Source of the DNA: Thermoanaerobaculia bacterium | GTDB lineage: Bacteria; Acidobacteriota; Thermoanaerobaculia; Multivoradales; Multivoraceae | DNA: 64,000 nucleotides | NCBI GenBank assembly: GCA_963664405.1 | Contig: OY761158.1 | Span: 4,352,001 to 4,416,000, forward strand | Reading direction: 5' to 3' | Part shown: positions 8,078 to 19,289 of the stretch, in pieces | Position numbering within the stretch: position 1 is the first letter of the stretch | How the letters are laid out: every line of letters begins with the position of its first letter | Position numbers and translations under genes: made by a program | Notes under the pieces: generated by a model | What the model was told of the DNA's origin: nothing | Seen by the model: the letters and a program-made list of their open reading frames with translations, nothing else | Database searches by the model: none

Positions 8078-9505
8078 ATGTTCTCGATCTCGAAATGCGT
8101 GGTGATCCCGTTTCTCCTCGCAGCTCATAGCCTTGCTCTGCCTGGCTTAGCCATGACCCCATCAGCTCTCGTGGAAGAGCTCTCGGAGTTGGGGCCGCGG
8201 CTTCCAGGAACCGACTCGCATCGGCGGGCGCAGGAGATCCTGTTGCGGGAGATGGCCGTCCTCGGCCTCGAGGTGTCTCGAACGCAGCCCGACCCTGCTC
8301 AGCTCGTCTTCAATCTCGAGGGAGTGCTGGCTGGGACGACGGAGGGCGAAATCGTCATCGGTGCCCACTACGACACGGTCGCGTCGAGCCCCGGTGCTCT
8401 GGATGATGCCTCTGGCTGCGCGGTAGCTCTCGCGGCGCTACAGGAGCTGCGCCGAATGCCGCTGCGCCGTACCTTGCGCGTGGTCTTCTTTGATGCCGAG
8501 GAGCAAGGCCTGCAGGGGAGTCGGCTGTGGGCTTCTTCGCTATCGGAGAAGGAGCGCCAAGGTATTCTCGCCGGAATCGTCCTCGACATGGTCGGTGAAG
8601 AGGGCTCGCGGAGGCCATTGATACTCGATCTGGGCGTCGCCGCTGATGGACCGGGTGCTGGATCGGTCTCGGCCGATCTGGAGTCGGCCGGCCTCGGTCG
8701 AGGGACCAAGTCGCCAGCCTGGCTCGTCCATTCCGCGCTGCGGGCAGGTGAGGCCTCGGGTTTTCCTCTGAGCGTTGCTTCCGCTCGTCAGTCCTTGGCC
8801 ACACAGATCCTGATGCGCTCGGTGACGACACCGTTCAGTTCGGACCGTCGCACCCTCTTGGCTGCCGGAATTCCGGCCGTTCTTCTGAGCGACTTCTCTG
8901 TTCATGCGCCGTCGCGGGTCTATCATGGTGGCGAAGACACTGCACCCCGCTTGAGCGCGCAGCGTCTAGGAAGCTGGTCTCTGACCGTCGCCGCGCTGGT
9001 ACGGCGGCTCGATGCGTTGGAGGGGAGACCGCGGTGGGAGGACGAGTATCTGGTGTGGGCACGGCGAGTCTGGATTCGCCGCGACCTCATGTGGGTCGGT
9101 TTCCTGCTCTGGGTGGCGATGATCTTTCGCATGCGGCCTGGACGCTGGGCCGGCGTGAGCTCGGAGGAGAGGAGGCTCCGGGGGCGCGTCTATCTGCCGG
9201 GTTTTCTCTTTCGGGGCGGCTTCTTGGGGGTGACTCTCTGGTTCCCAGCGGTGGGAGGGCCGCTGATCTATCCCCTTGCGCTCGCGGCTCTCGTGAAGCC
9301 TTCCTCTCCCCGCATGCGAGGCTGGCTGCAGGTCGCGGCCATGGCCCCCACGGCCTTTTGGCTCGGCATGATCTCCGTCGCAGTGATGCGCGGTACGGCG
9401 ACAGCGTACAAGGTGGGCTGGACGAAGACCGGAGCCCTCCTAGTGGTCCTGACCGCCTTCAGTTGGCAGCTATGGCAGGTCGGTAGGCCTTCCTTGTTGA
9501 AGTAA
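8078..9505 (+). CDS. M28-family metallopeptidase with C-terminal membrane domain
   Basis: Signal-like N-terminus, GAHYDT, GALDDASG, DAEEQGL, LDMVG, YHGGED; hydrophobic C-terminal helices. Confidence 0.85.
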   Translation: MFSISKCVVIPFLLAAHSLALPGLAMTPSALVEELSELGPRLPGTDSHRRAQEILLREMAVLGLEVSRTQPDPAQLVFNLEGVLAGTTEGEIVIGAHYDTVASSPGALDDASGCAVALAALQELRRMPLRRTLRVVFFDAEEQGLQGSRLWASSLSEKERQGILAGIVLDMVGEEGSRRPLILDLGVAADGPGAGSVSADLESAGLGRGTKSPAWLVHSALRAGEASGFPLSVASARQSLATQILMRSVTTPFSSDRRTLLAAGIPAVLLSDFSVHAPSRVYHGGEDTAPRLSAQRLGSWSLTVAALVRRLDALEGRPRWEDEYLVWARRVWIRRDLMWVGFLLWVAMIFRMRPGRWAGVSSEERRLRGRVYLPGFLFRGGFLGVTLWFPAVGGPLIYPLALAALVKPSSPRMRGWLQVAAMAPTAFWLGMISVAVMRGTATAYKVGWTKTGALLVVLTAFSWQLWQVGRPSLLK

Positions 9506-9549
9506 AAGACATTACAATACGTCGATATTCTGGAGAGAGTGCGCCTGCG

Positions 9550-10233
9550 ATGATCACGGGACACAACACCGAGGTCAAACACGACAATGTAGCCTTCCAT
9601 GTCCAGACGGAGGACAAGGGAGTCGGTGATCCGTACATTGTCAGCCTCATCTATGTAGGGGGGCGGGTGCTCGCGGCGCGGCGGACCAGTTACGCCGAGA
9701 AGCTCGCCGAGGGTCTCGAAGAGCCGGGTATAGCCGAGCTCATAGAGCGTCAGCATCGCACGATGGTGGTCGCCATTCGGCATGGGCGTTTCGACAACGA
9801 GCTCAAGGAGCTCCTCGACAGTGAAGAGCCCGCAGAGGCGGCGCCGGTAGAACAGGACTCGGGCGGCGATGAGACCCTTGAGGACCTTGGTGCTTCCCTC
9901 AACCAGATGGTCTCTCAGTATCTGGGGACCGAGGTTCCGAAGGTCCTCGAAGTGGCGGTTCAGACCTTCTCTCCTCGCCCGAACACGACTGCGATGCAGA
10001 TCGAGTTCAGGGCCTACTCGAGTCCCGGAGGCGCCGCTTTAGAGGACGTCGGAGTCCTGGTAGAGTTGATCTGCATGGTTCGGCCGCCCGAGATGCTGGC
10101 CACCGGAAGCACCGGAGGAGACGGCGCGGTGCTTTTTTCCATTCCAATGCCGGAGGTCGAGGAGGGGATGGCAGCCCTCATTGTCAGGGCTGCGGGTGAG
10201 CTGGGAGAGGCCGAGGAGACGATACTGATTTGA
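9550..10233 (+). CDS. Hypothetical protein
   Basis: 227-aa ORF with typical codon usage; overlaps the thiS-like start. Confidence 0.75.
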   Translation: MITGHNTEVKHDNVAFHVQTEDKGVGDPYIVSLIYVGGRVLAARRTSYAEKLAEGLEEPGIAELIERQHRTMVVAIRHGRFDNELKELLDSEEPAEAAPVEQDSGGDETLEDLGASLNQMVSQYLGTEVPKVLEVAVQTFSPRPNTTAMQIEFRAYSSPGGAALEDVGVLVELICMVRPPEMLATGSTGGDGAVLFSIPMPEVEEGMAALIVRAAGELGEAEETILI

Positions 10234-10475
10234 GCTCGGAGGCGTCAGGGAAGGGAGATCGAATCCGGATTCTGGTCAACGGCGACGAGCTGGAGGTGAA
10301 CGGCGGTTCTTTCGTCGTCGATGTCCTGGCTGCGCTGGATCTCCACCCGCAGACCGTGGCGGTCGAGTACAACGGCAATATCCTCAAACGTTTAGACTAC
10401 TCTTCCACCCAGCTTCAAGCGGCCGATCGGCTCGAGGTCGTCCGTTTCGTCCAGGGCGGAATGGGAGCGAGTTGA
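10230..10475 (+). CDS. thiS: ThiS-family sulfur carrier protein
   Basis: I.VNG, VAVEYNG.I, DRLEVVRFVQGG; the Gly-Gly is followed by a 4-aa extension MGAS. Confidence 0.88.
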   Translation: MSSEASGKGDRIRILVNGDELEVNGGSFVVDVLAALDLHPQTVAVEYNGNILKRLDYSSTQLQAADRLEVVRFVQGGMGAS

Positions 10476-10500
10476 ATTTTACCAAGGCCATCGCTATAGT
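10472..10500 (+). promoter_or_regulatory. Putative sigma70 promoter of the tRNA-Lys/tRNA-Leu/tig unit
   Basis: TTGAAT-17 bp-TATAGT, 13 bp upstream of tRNA-Lys. Confidence 0.6.
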
Positions 10501-10513
10501 CGCCTGTTGCCGC

Positions 10514-10589
10514 GGGCCGCTAGCTCAATTGGCAGAGCAGCAGACTCTTAATCTGCGGGTTCGGGGTTCGATTCCCTGGCGGCTCACCA
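10514..10589 (+). tRNA. tRNA-Lys(CTT)
   Basis: GGGCCGC acceptor stem, anticodon arm GCAGA-CTCTTAA-TCTGC, GGTTCGATTCC T-arm, encoded CCA. Confidence 0.97.
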
Positions 10590-10651
10590 GATCGCTTCCG
10601 GGTTTTACAACCTTCCTGAACAGCAGACGATCGAAGACTTGTCCCGTCCCC

Positions 10652-10738
10652 GCGAAAGTGGCGGAATCGGTATACGCGCTAGACTTAGGATCTAGTCCCG
10701 CTTGCGGGTTGGGGGTTCGAGTCCCCCCTTTCGCACCA
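10652..10738 (+). tRNA. tRNA-Leu(TAG)
   Basis: GCGAAAG acceptor stem, CTAGA-CTTAGGA-TCTAG anticodon arm, long variable arm, encoded CCA. Confidence 0.97.
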
Positions 10739-10746
10739 TCGCCCCA

Positions 10747-12015
10747 ATGAGTGTAGTTAGCTCCATCGAGAACCTAGGCCCCTGTCTCAAGCGTGTTGAG
10801 ATCGAGGTGCCGGCTCCGGCCGTCGACGCCGAGACGATGCGAGTAGTTCGGGACTATGGCCGTAACGTCCGAATCCCGGGCTTTCGTAAGGGAAAAGTGC
10901 CCGCCAATCTGGTGCAGCAGCGCTTTCGTGGCGAGATCGAAAAGGAGGTACTGGACCGTCTCGTGCCTCGCTATTGGAAACAGGCCGAGGCGGAAGCCTC
11001 TCTGGAGCCGTTGTTGCCCCCTAGCGTGGGAGATGTCGAACTGCAGAAGGGAGAGCCGCTCACTTTTACCGCCACGGTGGAGGTCAGGCCGGAGCTCGAG
11101 CTTGGCGACCTCGATCACTTTGAGCTGCCGAACACCGAGACCGAGCCCACCGCGGACGAGGTCGACGAAGCCCTTGGCAACCTACAGTCTCAGGTCGGCG
11201 AGTGGGTGGAGACCGACCGTGCGGCGGTCCGCGGCGACCTGGTATCGATGGAGAGTCAAGAGCTCGATGACGAGGGAGAGGCGCTGCAGGAGACCCAGAG
11301 CCTGGATGTGGAGGTCGGCAGCCCGCGGGTATGGGAGGAGTTGTCGCTTGCCTTGACGGGCCTCGAAGCCGGCCAGGAGAGCGAGTTCAGACGCCAGGAG
11401 GAAGTCGACGGCGAAACCAGGGTCAGACACTTCCGGGTCAAGGCCGGGGTGGTCAAAGAAAAGGACTTGCCGCCTCTCGACGACGAATTTGCGGCCAAGC
11501 TGGGAGAGTTCGAGAACCTCGAGGCTTTGCGAGACCACGTGGAAGAACGACTGCGGGTCGAGAAGCGCGACCATGCACAGAATGAGAAAGAGCAGGCGGT
11601 TCTAGAGCAACTTCGCGATCGCCACCCTCTCGAGCTGCCGCGCGGGGTCGTCGAAGAGGAGACACGCCATCTCTTGCAGGAGTATGCGGAGAGTCTTGGG
11701 CACCAGGGCGTCGAGCTGGAGAAGGCCAAGATAGACTGGGAAGGGCTGGCTCAAGAGGTTCGACCGCAGGCCGAGAGACGAGTGCACGTGCGGTTGCTTC
11801 TCGATGCCGTCGCGGACAATGACGATATTCAAGTCGAGCCGGAGGAGTTCGAGGCTCGGCTGGCCGAGCTTGCCAAAGCGCAGGGGCAGACTACCAGTGC
11901 TATTCGAGCGGCCCTCGGAAAAAGTGGGCAGCTCGAGAGCATGGGCCGGCAGATGCGTCGAAGGAAGACCATAGACAGACTTCTCGCCGCCGGTGCCGCG
12001 GCCGAGGGCGATTGA
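10747..12015 (+). CDS. tig: Trigger factor
   Basis: IPGFRKGKVP ribosome-binding loop; upstream of clpP. Confidence 0.96.
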   Translation: MSVVSSIENLGPCLKRVEIEVPAPAVDAETMRVVRDYGRNVRIPGFRKGKVPANLVQQRFRGEIEKEVLDRLVPRYWKQAEAEASLEPLLPPSVGDVELQKGEPLTFTATVEVRPELELGDLDHFELPNTETEPTADEVDEALGNLQSQVGEWVETDRAAVRGDLVSMESQELDDEGEALQETQSLDVEVGSPRVWEELSLALTGLEAGQESEFRRQEEVDGETRVRHFRVKAGVVKEKDLPPLDDEFAAKLGEFENLEALRDHVEERLRVEKRDHAQNEKEQAVLEQLRDRHPLELPRGVVEEETRHLLQEYAESLGHQGVELEKAKIDWEGLAQEVRPQAERRVHVRLLLDAVADNDDIQVEPEEFEARLAELAKAQGQTTSAIRAALGKSGQLESMGRQMRRRKTIDRLLAAGAAAEGD

Positions 12016-12028
12016 GCGGGAGTTCTAG

Positions 12029-12613
12029 ATGCTTGTACCGATGGTTGTAGAGCAGACGAACCGCGGAGAGCGGGCGTACGATATCTATTCTCGTCTTCTC
12101 AAAGACAACATCATTTTTGTCGGGCGAGCGATCGACGACGAGGTCGCGAATCTGGTGATAGCCCAGATGCTCTTTCTCGAAGTCGTGAACCCGGAGAGGG
12201 ATATCGCGCTCTATATCAATTCACCGGGGGGCTCGATCACCGCCGGCTTCGCCATCTACGACACGATGCAGTATGTGAAGCCCGACGTGTCTACACTCTG
12301 CGTCGGGCAGGCCGCTTCTTTTGCCGCCGTGCTCCTGGCGGGCGGCACGAAAGGAAAGCGATCCGTGCTCCCGAATTCGCGGGTTTTGATCCACCAGCCC
12401 TGGGTGCACAACCTGGGCGGACAAGAAACCGACATCGCGATCCAGGCGCAGGATCTTCAGCGGATGCGCGATCGTCTCGATGAGATCCTCGCGCTCCATA
12501 GTGGTAAAGAGAAGGAGGAGGTGCACCTCGACACCGAGCGTGACCGCATCCTCACTGCGGAAGAGGCTGTGACCTACGGCCTCGCAGACCAGGTAATGAA
12601 GTCGCGAAAGTGA
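12029..12613 (+). CDS. clpP: ATP-dependent Clp protease proteolytic subunit
   Basis: [21 protein letters not shown] (Ser), IHQP (His), DTERD (Asp). Confidence 0.98.
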   Translation: MLVPMVVEQTNRGERAYDIYSRLLKDNIIFVGRAIDDEVANLVIAQMLFLEVVNPERDIALYINSPGGSITAGFAIYDTMQYVKPDVSTLCVGQAASFAAVLLAGGTKGKRSVLPNSRVLIHQPWVHNLGGQETDIAIQAQDLQRMRDRLDEILALHSGKEKEEVHLDTERDRILTAEEAVTYGLADQVMKSRK

Positions 12614-12660
12614 ACGGCTAGGAATAGGTGGAGGTGCCGGGACGGTTGTAACAAACGGAT

Positions 12661-12690
12661 TTGACACCAAGCGGGCTTGCCGCCTAGCAT
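12661..12690 (+). promoter_or_regulatory. Putative internal sigma70 promoter for clpX
   Basis: TTGACA-18 bp-TAGCAT. Confidence 0.55.
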
Positions 12691-12720
12691 GCGTTTGATC
12701 CCTTCCGACCGGAAGTCTAA

Positions 12721-13959
12721 ATGGCGAAAAAGGAAACCGGAGACGAGGCTCTACGTTGCTCTTTTTGTAATAAGAGCCAGCGAGAGGTGAAGAAACTCAT
12801 CGCCGGTCCGACGGTCTTCATCTGCGACGAGTGTGTCGACATCTGCCTCGACATCATCGCCGAGGATCGCATGCTCGAGCAGCAGCAGGATACGAATCTG
12901 CCCAAGCCGCAAGAGATCAAGGCGCTACTCGACGACTACGTGATCGGCCAGGAGCAGGCCAAGAAGAAGCTCGCGGTCGCGGTCTACAACCACTACAAGC
13001 GCATCGACTTCGTAGAGAAGGCGCGAACCGATGTCGAGTTGCAGAAGTCCAATATCCTTTTGATCGGTCCTACCGGGACCGGCAAGACCCTGCTGGCGCA
13101 GACTCTGGCCAAACTCCTCAGCGTTCCCTTCACCATCGCCGATGCAACCACGCTGACCGAGGCTGGCTACGTGGGAGAGGACGTCGAGAACATCATCCTC
13201 AAGCTCTATCAGGCGTCGGGGAACGATAAAGACAAGACGCAGCGCGGCATCGTCTACATCGACGAGGTCGACAAGATCTGCCGCAAGGGCGACAACCCTT
13301 CGATCACCCGAGACGTATCCGGCGAGGGTGTGCAGCAGGCTCTGCTCAAGATTCTCGAAGGAACTCAGTGTAACGTTCCGCCCCAGGGTGGGCGCAAGCA
13401 CCCGCACCAGGAATTTCTTCAGATCGACACGACCAATATTCTGTTCATCTGTGGTGGTGCCTTCGTCGGCCTGGAGGAGCAGATCGAGCGGCGGCTCAAC
13501 GAAAAGACGATGGGGTTTGGAGCCGAGATCATCGGTCGCTCGGATCGGATCCAAGGTGCCCTTCTGGAGTTCGCCAGGCCGGAGGACATGATCAAGTACG
13601 GGCTCATCCCGGAGTTCGTCGGGCGTCTGCCCGTTGTCGCCACCCTCGAGCAACTCGACCAGGAAGCCTTGGTAAGAATCCTCACAGAGCCGAAGAACAG
13701 TCTTGTCCGCCAGTACACGACGATGTTCGAGATGGAAGATGTAAAGCTGCTCTTTACCGACGAGGCGCTGGAATCGATTGCAGCAGAGGCGATCACCAGA
13801 ACTGTCGGCGCTCGCGGCCTACGCATCATCCTCGAAGAGCTGATGCTTGACCTGATGTACCGGATTCCCTCTCAGTCGGATATCCAGGAGTGTTTGATCA
13901 CCGACGAGGTGGTCAAGAATCGCGCGCAGCCCATCACTTCCTTCAAGAAGGCCGGCTGA
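12721..13959 (+). CDS. clpX: Clp protease ATP-binding subunit ClpX
   Basis: CSFC...CDEC zinc finger, [29 protein letters not shown]. Confidence 0.99.
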   Translation: MAKKETGDEALRCSFCNKSQREVKKLIAGPTVFICDECVDICLDIIAEDRMLEQQQDTNLPKPQEIKALLDDYVIGQEQAKKKLAVAVYNHYKRIDFVEKARTDVELQKSNILLIGPTGTGKTLLAQTLAKLLSVPFTIADATTLTEAGYVGEDVENIILKLYQASGNDKDKTQRGIVYIDEVDKICRKGDNPSITRDVSGEGVQQALLKILEGTQCNVPPQGGRKHPHQEFLQIDTTNILFICGGAFVGLEEQIERRLNEKTMGFGAEIIGRSDRIQGALLEFARPEDMIKYGLIPEFVGRLPVVATLEQLDQEALVRILTEPKNSLVRQYTTMFEMEDVKLLFTDEALESIAAEAITRTVGARGLRIILEELMLDLMYRIPSQSDIQECLITDEVVKNRAQPITSFKKAG

Positions 13960-14000
13960 TCGGCGAGCGCCGGTAGCCGTCTCTCCCACGAGCTTTTTTT

Positions 14001-16412
14001 ATGTCCTCTTTTATTACAACAGCCCGCGACATCTATCCAGTTGTACCTCTGCGCGACATGGTCGTCTTTCCCCACATGATGGCGCCCTTCATTATCGGCC
14101 GTGAGGGCTCGGTGACGGCGCTCGAGAGGACCCTGGGACGCAGCGATCGACACATTTTCCTGGTTACCCAGAGAGACCCCAAAGTCGACGACCCTGGCGC
14201 CGAAGATCTTTACGAGATTGGGTCGGTAGCCCGTGTGGTCCAGAATCTGAAGCTGCCGAACGGCAACGTCAAGGTCATGGTCGAGGGGGTGTGCCGCGGA
14301 CGCCTGCTCGATCTCACAGCGGTCGAGGACTCCTTCGATGCCGAAGTCGAGACCTTCGACGTCGAGTACCCCGTTGGTGAGAAGGTCCAGATGTACATGA
14401 GCAAGGTGCTCAGCGCCTTCGAGCAGTACGCAAAGATGTCTCATCACATGGGCTATGAGAATCTGGTCTCCACTCTCCGACAGGACGATCCTGACCACTT
14501 CTGCGATGTTCTTGCTGCCCACGTGATGGTGCCGACTCACGAGAAGCAGTCTCTTCTCGAGCAGCTCAACCCCTATGAGCGCCTCCAGCGCCTGCAGGAT
14601 CTGATCGACATGGAAGTCGAAAAGATCAATATCGACAAGCGCATCAACACGCAAGTCAAGAAGCAGATGGAGCGTGCGCAGAAGGAGTACTACCTCAACG
14701 AGAAGGTAAAGGCGATCCACGATGAGCTGGGTCGCAAGGACGATCGCACCGACGAGCTCGAGCAGCTGAAGGAGAAGATCGAAGAGGTCGGACTTCCCAA
14801 AGACGTCAAGGAGAAGGCGGACCAGGAGATCAAGCGACTCGAGGCGATGCCGCCGGTGTCAGCCGAGGCGACGGTGTCGCGTAACTACATCGACTGGCTG
14901 GTCTCGGTGCCTTGGAAGAAGGCCAGCCGTGAGCTGCGCGACCTCGACCGGGCGGAGAAGATCCTGAACGAGGATCACTTCGGGCTCGACAAGATCAAAG
15001 AGCGCATTCTCGAGTTTCTGGCAGTACGGCAACTGACCCGTAAGACGCAGAGCTCGATCATTTGCTTCGTGGGTCCCCCCGGAGTGGGGAAGTCATCGCT
15101 CGCGAAGTCCATTGCGCGCGCCACCGGTCGCAAGTTCGTGCGCCTCTCTCTCGGCGGAGTTCGAGATGAGGCCGAAATTCGAGGCCATCGCCGCACTTAT
15201 ATCGGCGCCTTCCCCGGCCAGATCATTCAGATGATGAAGAGAGCCGGCACCGTTAACCCGGTCTTCCTCCTCGACGAGATCGAGAAGATGTCGATGGATT
15301 TTCGTGGCGACCCCTCGGCGGCACTGCTCGAAGTTCTCGATCCTGAGCACAACAGCACTTTTCACGACCACTATCTCGACGTGGACTACGACCTCTCCAA
15401 GGTGATGTTCATCGCTACGGCGAACGTGATGCACACCGTCCCGCCGGCGTTGCGGGATCGGATGGAGATCATCCAGCTGTCGGGCTACACCCAGCAGGAG
15501 AAGCTCGCAATCGCGCAGGGTTTTCTGGTGCCTCGACAGATCAAGGCTCACGGATTGAAGGCCGATCGCATCGTTGTCGATGACGGGGCGGTAAAGAGCG
15601 TGATCGAGGGCTTCACTCGTGAGGCCGGTGTGCGCAGCCTAGAGAGAGAGATAGGAGCCATCTGTCGCAAGGTTGCTCGCAGAGTGGTCAAGGAAGGCAA
15701 GAAGCTGAAGCTCGCGGTTGACCCCGATGTGGTTACCGAGCTTCTCGGTAAGCCTCGTTTTCGGCTGCGTCGTATGCTGGACGATTCCGAGGTGGGTGTA
15801 GCGACCGGTCTGGCCTGGACCGAGGCCGGGGGAGAGCTGCTCGAGAGCGAAGTCGGGTTGATGAAAGGAAAGGGCAAGCTCACGCTTACCGGCAAGCTTG
15901 GTGAGGTGATGCAGGAGTCCGCGCAAGCTGCCGTCACCTACACACGCAGTCGCGCCGCCCTCCTAGGTCTCGATCACGACTTCCACGAGCGACAAGACAT
16001 CCACATCCATGTTCCGGAAGGCGCCATTCCGAAAGACGGCCCTTCGGCCGGAATCACCATGGCCACAGCTTTGATATCGGCTCTGCTCGAGAAACCGGTC
16101 CGCAAGGACATCGCCATGACCGGTGAGATTACGCTTCGCGGCAAGGTCCTTCCTGTCGGTGGCGTCAAAGACAAGGCCCTTGCGGCCTACCGGGCGGGTA
16201 TCCACCAGTTGATCCTGCCTCGCGAGAACGAAAAGGACCTCGACGACATCCCGGAGGAGATCCGTGATGTAATGAAGGTCCACTTAGTGGACTCGATGGA
16301 CGAAGTGCTTCGGATTGCGGTCGACCACGAGTTCGCACCTTTGGTTAAAACTCGGAGTGGTCTTGAGAAGGCACCTTCGGAGCCGCCTGTAGAACCTGGT
16401 TCCCTGAACTAG
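14001..16412 (+). CDS. lon: Lon protease
   Basis: [34 protein letters not shown]. Confidence 0.99.
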   Translation: MSSFITTARDIYPVVPLRDMVVFPHMMAPFIIGREGSVTALERTLGRSDRHIFLVTQRDPKVDDPGAEDLYEIGSVARVVQNLKLPNGNVKVMVEGVCRGRLLDLTAVEDSFDAEVETFDVEYPVGEKVQMYMSKVLSAFEQYAKMSHHMGYENLVSTLRQDDPDHFCDVLAAHVMVPTHEKQSLLEQLNPYERLQRLQDLIDMEVEKINIDKRINTQVKKQMERAQKEYYLNEKVKAIHDELGRKDDRTDELEQLKEKIEEVGLPKDVKEKADQEIKRLEAMPPVSAEATVSRNYIDWLVSVPWKKASRELRDLDRAEKILNEDHFGLDKIKERILEFLAVRQLTRKTQSSIICFVGPPGVGKSSLAKSIARATGRKFVRLSLGGVRDEAEIRGHRRTYIGAFPGQIIQMMKRAGTVNPVFLLDEIEKMSMDFRGDPSAALLEVLDPEHNSTFHDHYLDVDYDLSKVMFIATANVMHTVPPALRDRMEIIQLSGYTQQEKLAIAQGFLVPRQIKAHGLKADRIVVDDGAVKSVIEGFTREAGVRSLEREIGAICRKVARRVVKEGKKLKLAVDPDVVTELLGKPRFRLRRMLDDSEVGVATGLAWTEAGGELLESEVGLMKGKGKLTLTGKLGEVMQESAQAAVTYTRSRAALLGLDHDFHERQDIHIHVPEGAIPKDGPSAGITMATALISALLEKPVRKDIAMTGEITLRGKVLPVGGVKDKALAAYRAGIHQLILPRENEKDLDDIPEEIRDVMKVHLVDSMDEVLRIAVDHEFAPLVKTRSGLEKAPSEPPVEPGSLN

Positions 16413-16455
16413 TCAGGCGTTTTTTTCGGGCCGCGGATTCGCCGTGGTCTTTCCC
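16403..16455 (+). terminator. Possible intrinsic terminator region after lon
   Basis: CCTGA-actag-TCAGG followed by T7, then a second hairpin GGCCGCGG-attcg-CCGTGGTC followed by TTT. Confidence 0.4.
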
Positions 16456-16537
16456 ATGAGTAAGTTGTTGGAGAGCGTCGAGGGACGCCACTGCTGATTC
16501 GCTGCGATGGGCGGGGAGAGCTTGGTGGTTTGCACTC

Positions 16538-17119
16538 GTGAAAGTTCAGAATGCTGAATTCATCAGATCGGCCTTCGGAGTCAAGGACTTCTTCCGCGAT
16601 GGGCGGCCCTCCGTTGCCTTTGTCGGACGCTCCAACGTGGGGAAGTCGAGCCTCCTCAATGCCCTTCTCGGCGGGCGCAAGCTGGCGCGGACGAGCTCCA
16701 CACCGGGACGGACGCGCTCGGTCAATTACTTCCTGGTCAATCGGCGTTTATACTTCGTCGATCTGCCGGGATATGGCTATGCCCGTGCGCCTCGTGGAGA
16801 GAGAAAAAAGTGGGCGGACATCGCAGAGCTCTACTTTCGTGAGGCAGCGGCCGGCACCCGCGTGGTTCTGCTCGTCGATGGTTTGGTCGGTGCCACAGCC
16901 CTCGACGTCCAAGCGCTCGAGTATCTACTCGATCTGGAGCTGAGTGTGATCGTTGCTGCTACTAAAATCGACAAGGTCAAGCGGAGTCAGCGGACTAAGA
17001 AGCATCGGGAGGTTTCCGAAGTGCTTGGCTTGCCCGACGGGGTGCCGTTGGTGGCGGTTTCGGCCCGCTCCGGCGAGGGATTCTCGGCGCTCTGGAAGGA
17101 GATAGAGGTGATCCGATGA
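16538..17119 (+). CDS. engB: Ribosome-biogenesis GTPase EngB/YihA/YsxC
   Basis: [30 protein letters not shown]. Confidence 0.96.
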   Translation: MKVQNAEFIRSAFGVKDFFRDGRPSVAFVGRSNVGKSSLLNALLGGRKLARTSSTPGRTRSVNYFLVNRRLYFVDLPGYGYARAPRGERKKWADIAELYFREAAAGTRVVLLVDGLVGATALDVQALEYLLDLELSVIVAATKIDKVKRSQRTKKHREVSEVLGLPDGVPLVAVSARSGEGFSALWKEIEVIR

Positions 17120-18441
17120 CAGAGGTCACAAGTGAGGAAAAGATGGACAAGACTCAAACACAGATACGAGAGGACCACGAGCGCGACCGCCAGTCGCTTG
17201 ACATCAGGGCGCTCAAGGACATGGTCATCGCGGACCTCACCCAGATCGCGAAAGATCTCGAAGTCGAGGGCGCGGCGGGGCTGCGCAAACAGGAGCTGAT
17301 CTTCAAGATCCTGCAGGCTCAGACCGAGAAAAGTGGTCTCATCTTCGCCGAGGGCGTACTCGAGTGTCTTCCGGATGGTTTCGGTTTCTTGCGCGCGCCG
17401 GAGTACAACTATCTTCCCGGTCCGGACGACATCTATGTGAGTCCGAGCCAGATTCGGCGTTTCGACCTGCGCACCGGAGACACGGTGTCGGGGCAGGTCA
17501 GGCAGCCGAAGGACGGAGAGCGGTACTTCGCCCTGATCAAGGTCGAGGCCGTCAACTTCGAGCACCCCGACGTATCTCGCAACAAGATCTTCTTCGACAA
17601 CCTGACCCCTCTCTACCCTGAAGAGCGGATCACTCTCGAGGTCGCGGGGGATATGTCATCACGCGTCATGGATCTGGCCACGCCGATGGGCAAAGGCCAG
17701 CGTGCGCTCATCGTCGCCCCTCCGCGGACCGGCAAGACCATGCTGCTGCAATCGATCGCTCGATCCGTCGCCACCAATCATCCGGAGGTCGTGCTCATCG
17801 TCCTCCTGATCGACGAGCGGCCGGAAGAGGTGACCGACATGGAACGTTCGGTGCAGGGCGAGGTGGTTTCGTCGACCTTCGACGAGCCTGCCACCCGTCA
17901 CGTCCAAGTGGCCGAGATGGTGATCGAGAAGGCGAAGCGTCTGGTCGAGCACAAGCGAGACGTCGTCATCCTCCTCGATTCGATTACCCGCCTGGCGCGC
18001 GCATACAACACCGTCCAACCGCCGTCAGGCAAGGTGCTCTCCGGCGGTATCGATGCCAACGCGCTGCATCGGCCGAAGCGCTTCTTCGGAGCTGCCCGTA
18101 ACATCGAGGACGGGGGCTCGTTGACCATCATCGCCACCGCTCTGGTCGACACCGGAAGCCGCATGGACGACGTTATCTTCGAGGAGTTCAAGGGCACAGG
18201 CAACTGCGAGATCCATCTCGACCGTAAGCTGGTCGACAGGAGGGTTTTCCCTGCCATCGACATCAACAAGTCTGGTACTCGCAAAGAAGAGCTGCTCATG
18301 CCTAAAGATGAGCTGCGCCGTGTGTGGGTCTTGCGCAAAGTGCTGAACCCGCTCTCCACGACGGAGAGCTTGGAGCTCCTCTTGGACAAGCTCGCGAAGA
18401 CCGAGAAGAACCAGGACTTCCTCGGCGCGATGTCGAAGTAG
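17116..18441 (+). CDS. rho: Transcription termination factor Rho
   Basis: [35 protein letters not shown]. Confidence 0.99.
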   Translation: MTEVTSEEKMDKTQTQIREDHERDRQSLDIRALKDMVIADLTQIAKDLEVEGAAGLRKQELIFKILQAQTEKSGLIFAEGVLECLPDGFGFLRAPEYNYLPGPDDIYVSPSQIRRFDLRTGDTVSGQVRQPKDGERYFALIKVEAVNFEHPDVSRNKIFFDNLTPLYPEERITLEVAGDMSSRVMDLATPMGKGQRALIVAPPRTGKTMLLQSIARSVATNHPEVVLIVLLIDERPEEVTDMERSVQGEVVSSTFDEPATRHVQVAEMVIEKAKRLVEHKRDVVILLDSITRLARAYNTVQPPSGKVLSGGIDANALHRPKRFFGAARNIEDGGSLTIIATALVDTGSRMDDVIFEEFKGTGNCEIHLDRKLVDRRVFPAIDINKSGTRKEELLMPKDELRRVWVLRKVLNPLSTTESLELLLDKLAKTEKNQDFLGAMSK

Positions 18442-18455
18442 GTCGGTCGGGTTAG

Positions 18456-19289
18456 ATGCTGAAGGTCGGCATTGTCGATTTTCTCAACTCCCGGCCTTTG
18501 GCCTGGAGTTTTTTGGCAGGCGACTTCGAGGATCTCTTCTCGGCCGTGTACACATCGCCGGCTCGGGTCGCGGAGCTGCTGGCCGAAGGCGAGATCGACA
18601 TCGGGCTCGTCCCGAGCATTGAAGTGCTCCGCATCCCCGACCTCGAGATCCTGCCAGGACCCTGCGTTGCGGCGACGCGGGAAGTGCGCAGCGTCCTGTT
18701 GCTCTCGCGTGGCCCACTTGCCGAGGCTCAGCGCATCGCGGTCGATACCAGTAGCCGGACTTCGGTAGCCTTGCTGCACATTCTGCTCGCCGAGCTCTAC
18801 CATCTCGAGATCGAGCTCGAACCTGCTCCGCCTTGCGCCGCCGGTGTACCTCCTGGTTACGACGGGGCGCTGATCATCGGCGATCCGGCGCTCAAGGTCG
18901 ATCGGCGGCTCTTCGAGGTGGTGGACCTGGCGGCGGCGTGGCGGGAGCTGACCGGTCTGCCCTTCGTCTTTGCCGTGTGGGCGGTGAGACGGGAGAAGAG
19001 GAAGCCGGGAATCGAGCAGTACTTTGAGCGCAGCTTGACGGCAGGGCTCGCTGCTCTCGAGCGGATCGGCGAAGAAGCGGCCGCCGAGCAGGGGCTACCC
19101 CTCGCCGACGTTCACCGGTACCTCCGTCAGAATCTTCGCTTTCGGCTCGATGTGGAAGAGATCAGTGGCTTGCGAGAGTTCTTTCGACGCGCCTCGGAGC
19201 ACGGCCTGACCAGCGAAGATCTGCCTGCCACGATACCTTGCTATCCAGTCGAGCCTTCCGTAGAGTCTTCGCGTGACGCGCATGACTGA
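18456..19289 (+). CDS. mqnA: Chorismate dehydratase (futalosine pathway)
   Basis: FLNSRPL, VRSVLL, SSRTSVAL, LIIGDPAL, W..LTGLPFVFAVW. Confidence 0.92.
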   Translation: MLKVGIVDFLNSRPLAWSFLAGDFEDLFSAVYTSPARVAELLAEGEIDIGLVPSIEVLRIPDLEILPGPCVAATREVRSVLLLSRGPLAEAQRIAVDTSSRTSVALLHILLAELYHLEIELEPAPPCAAGVPPGYDGALIIGDPALKVDRRLFEVVDLAAAWRELTGLPFVFAVWAVRREKRKPGIEQYFERSLTAGLAALERIGEEAAAEQGLPLADVHRYLRQNLRFRLDVEEISGLREFFRRASEHGLTSEDLPATIPCYPVEPSVESSRDAHD

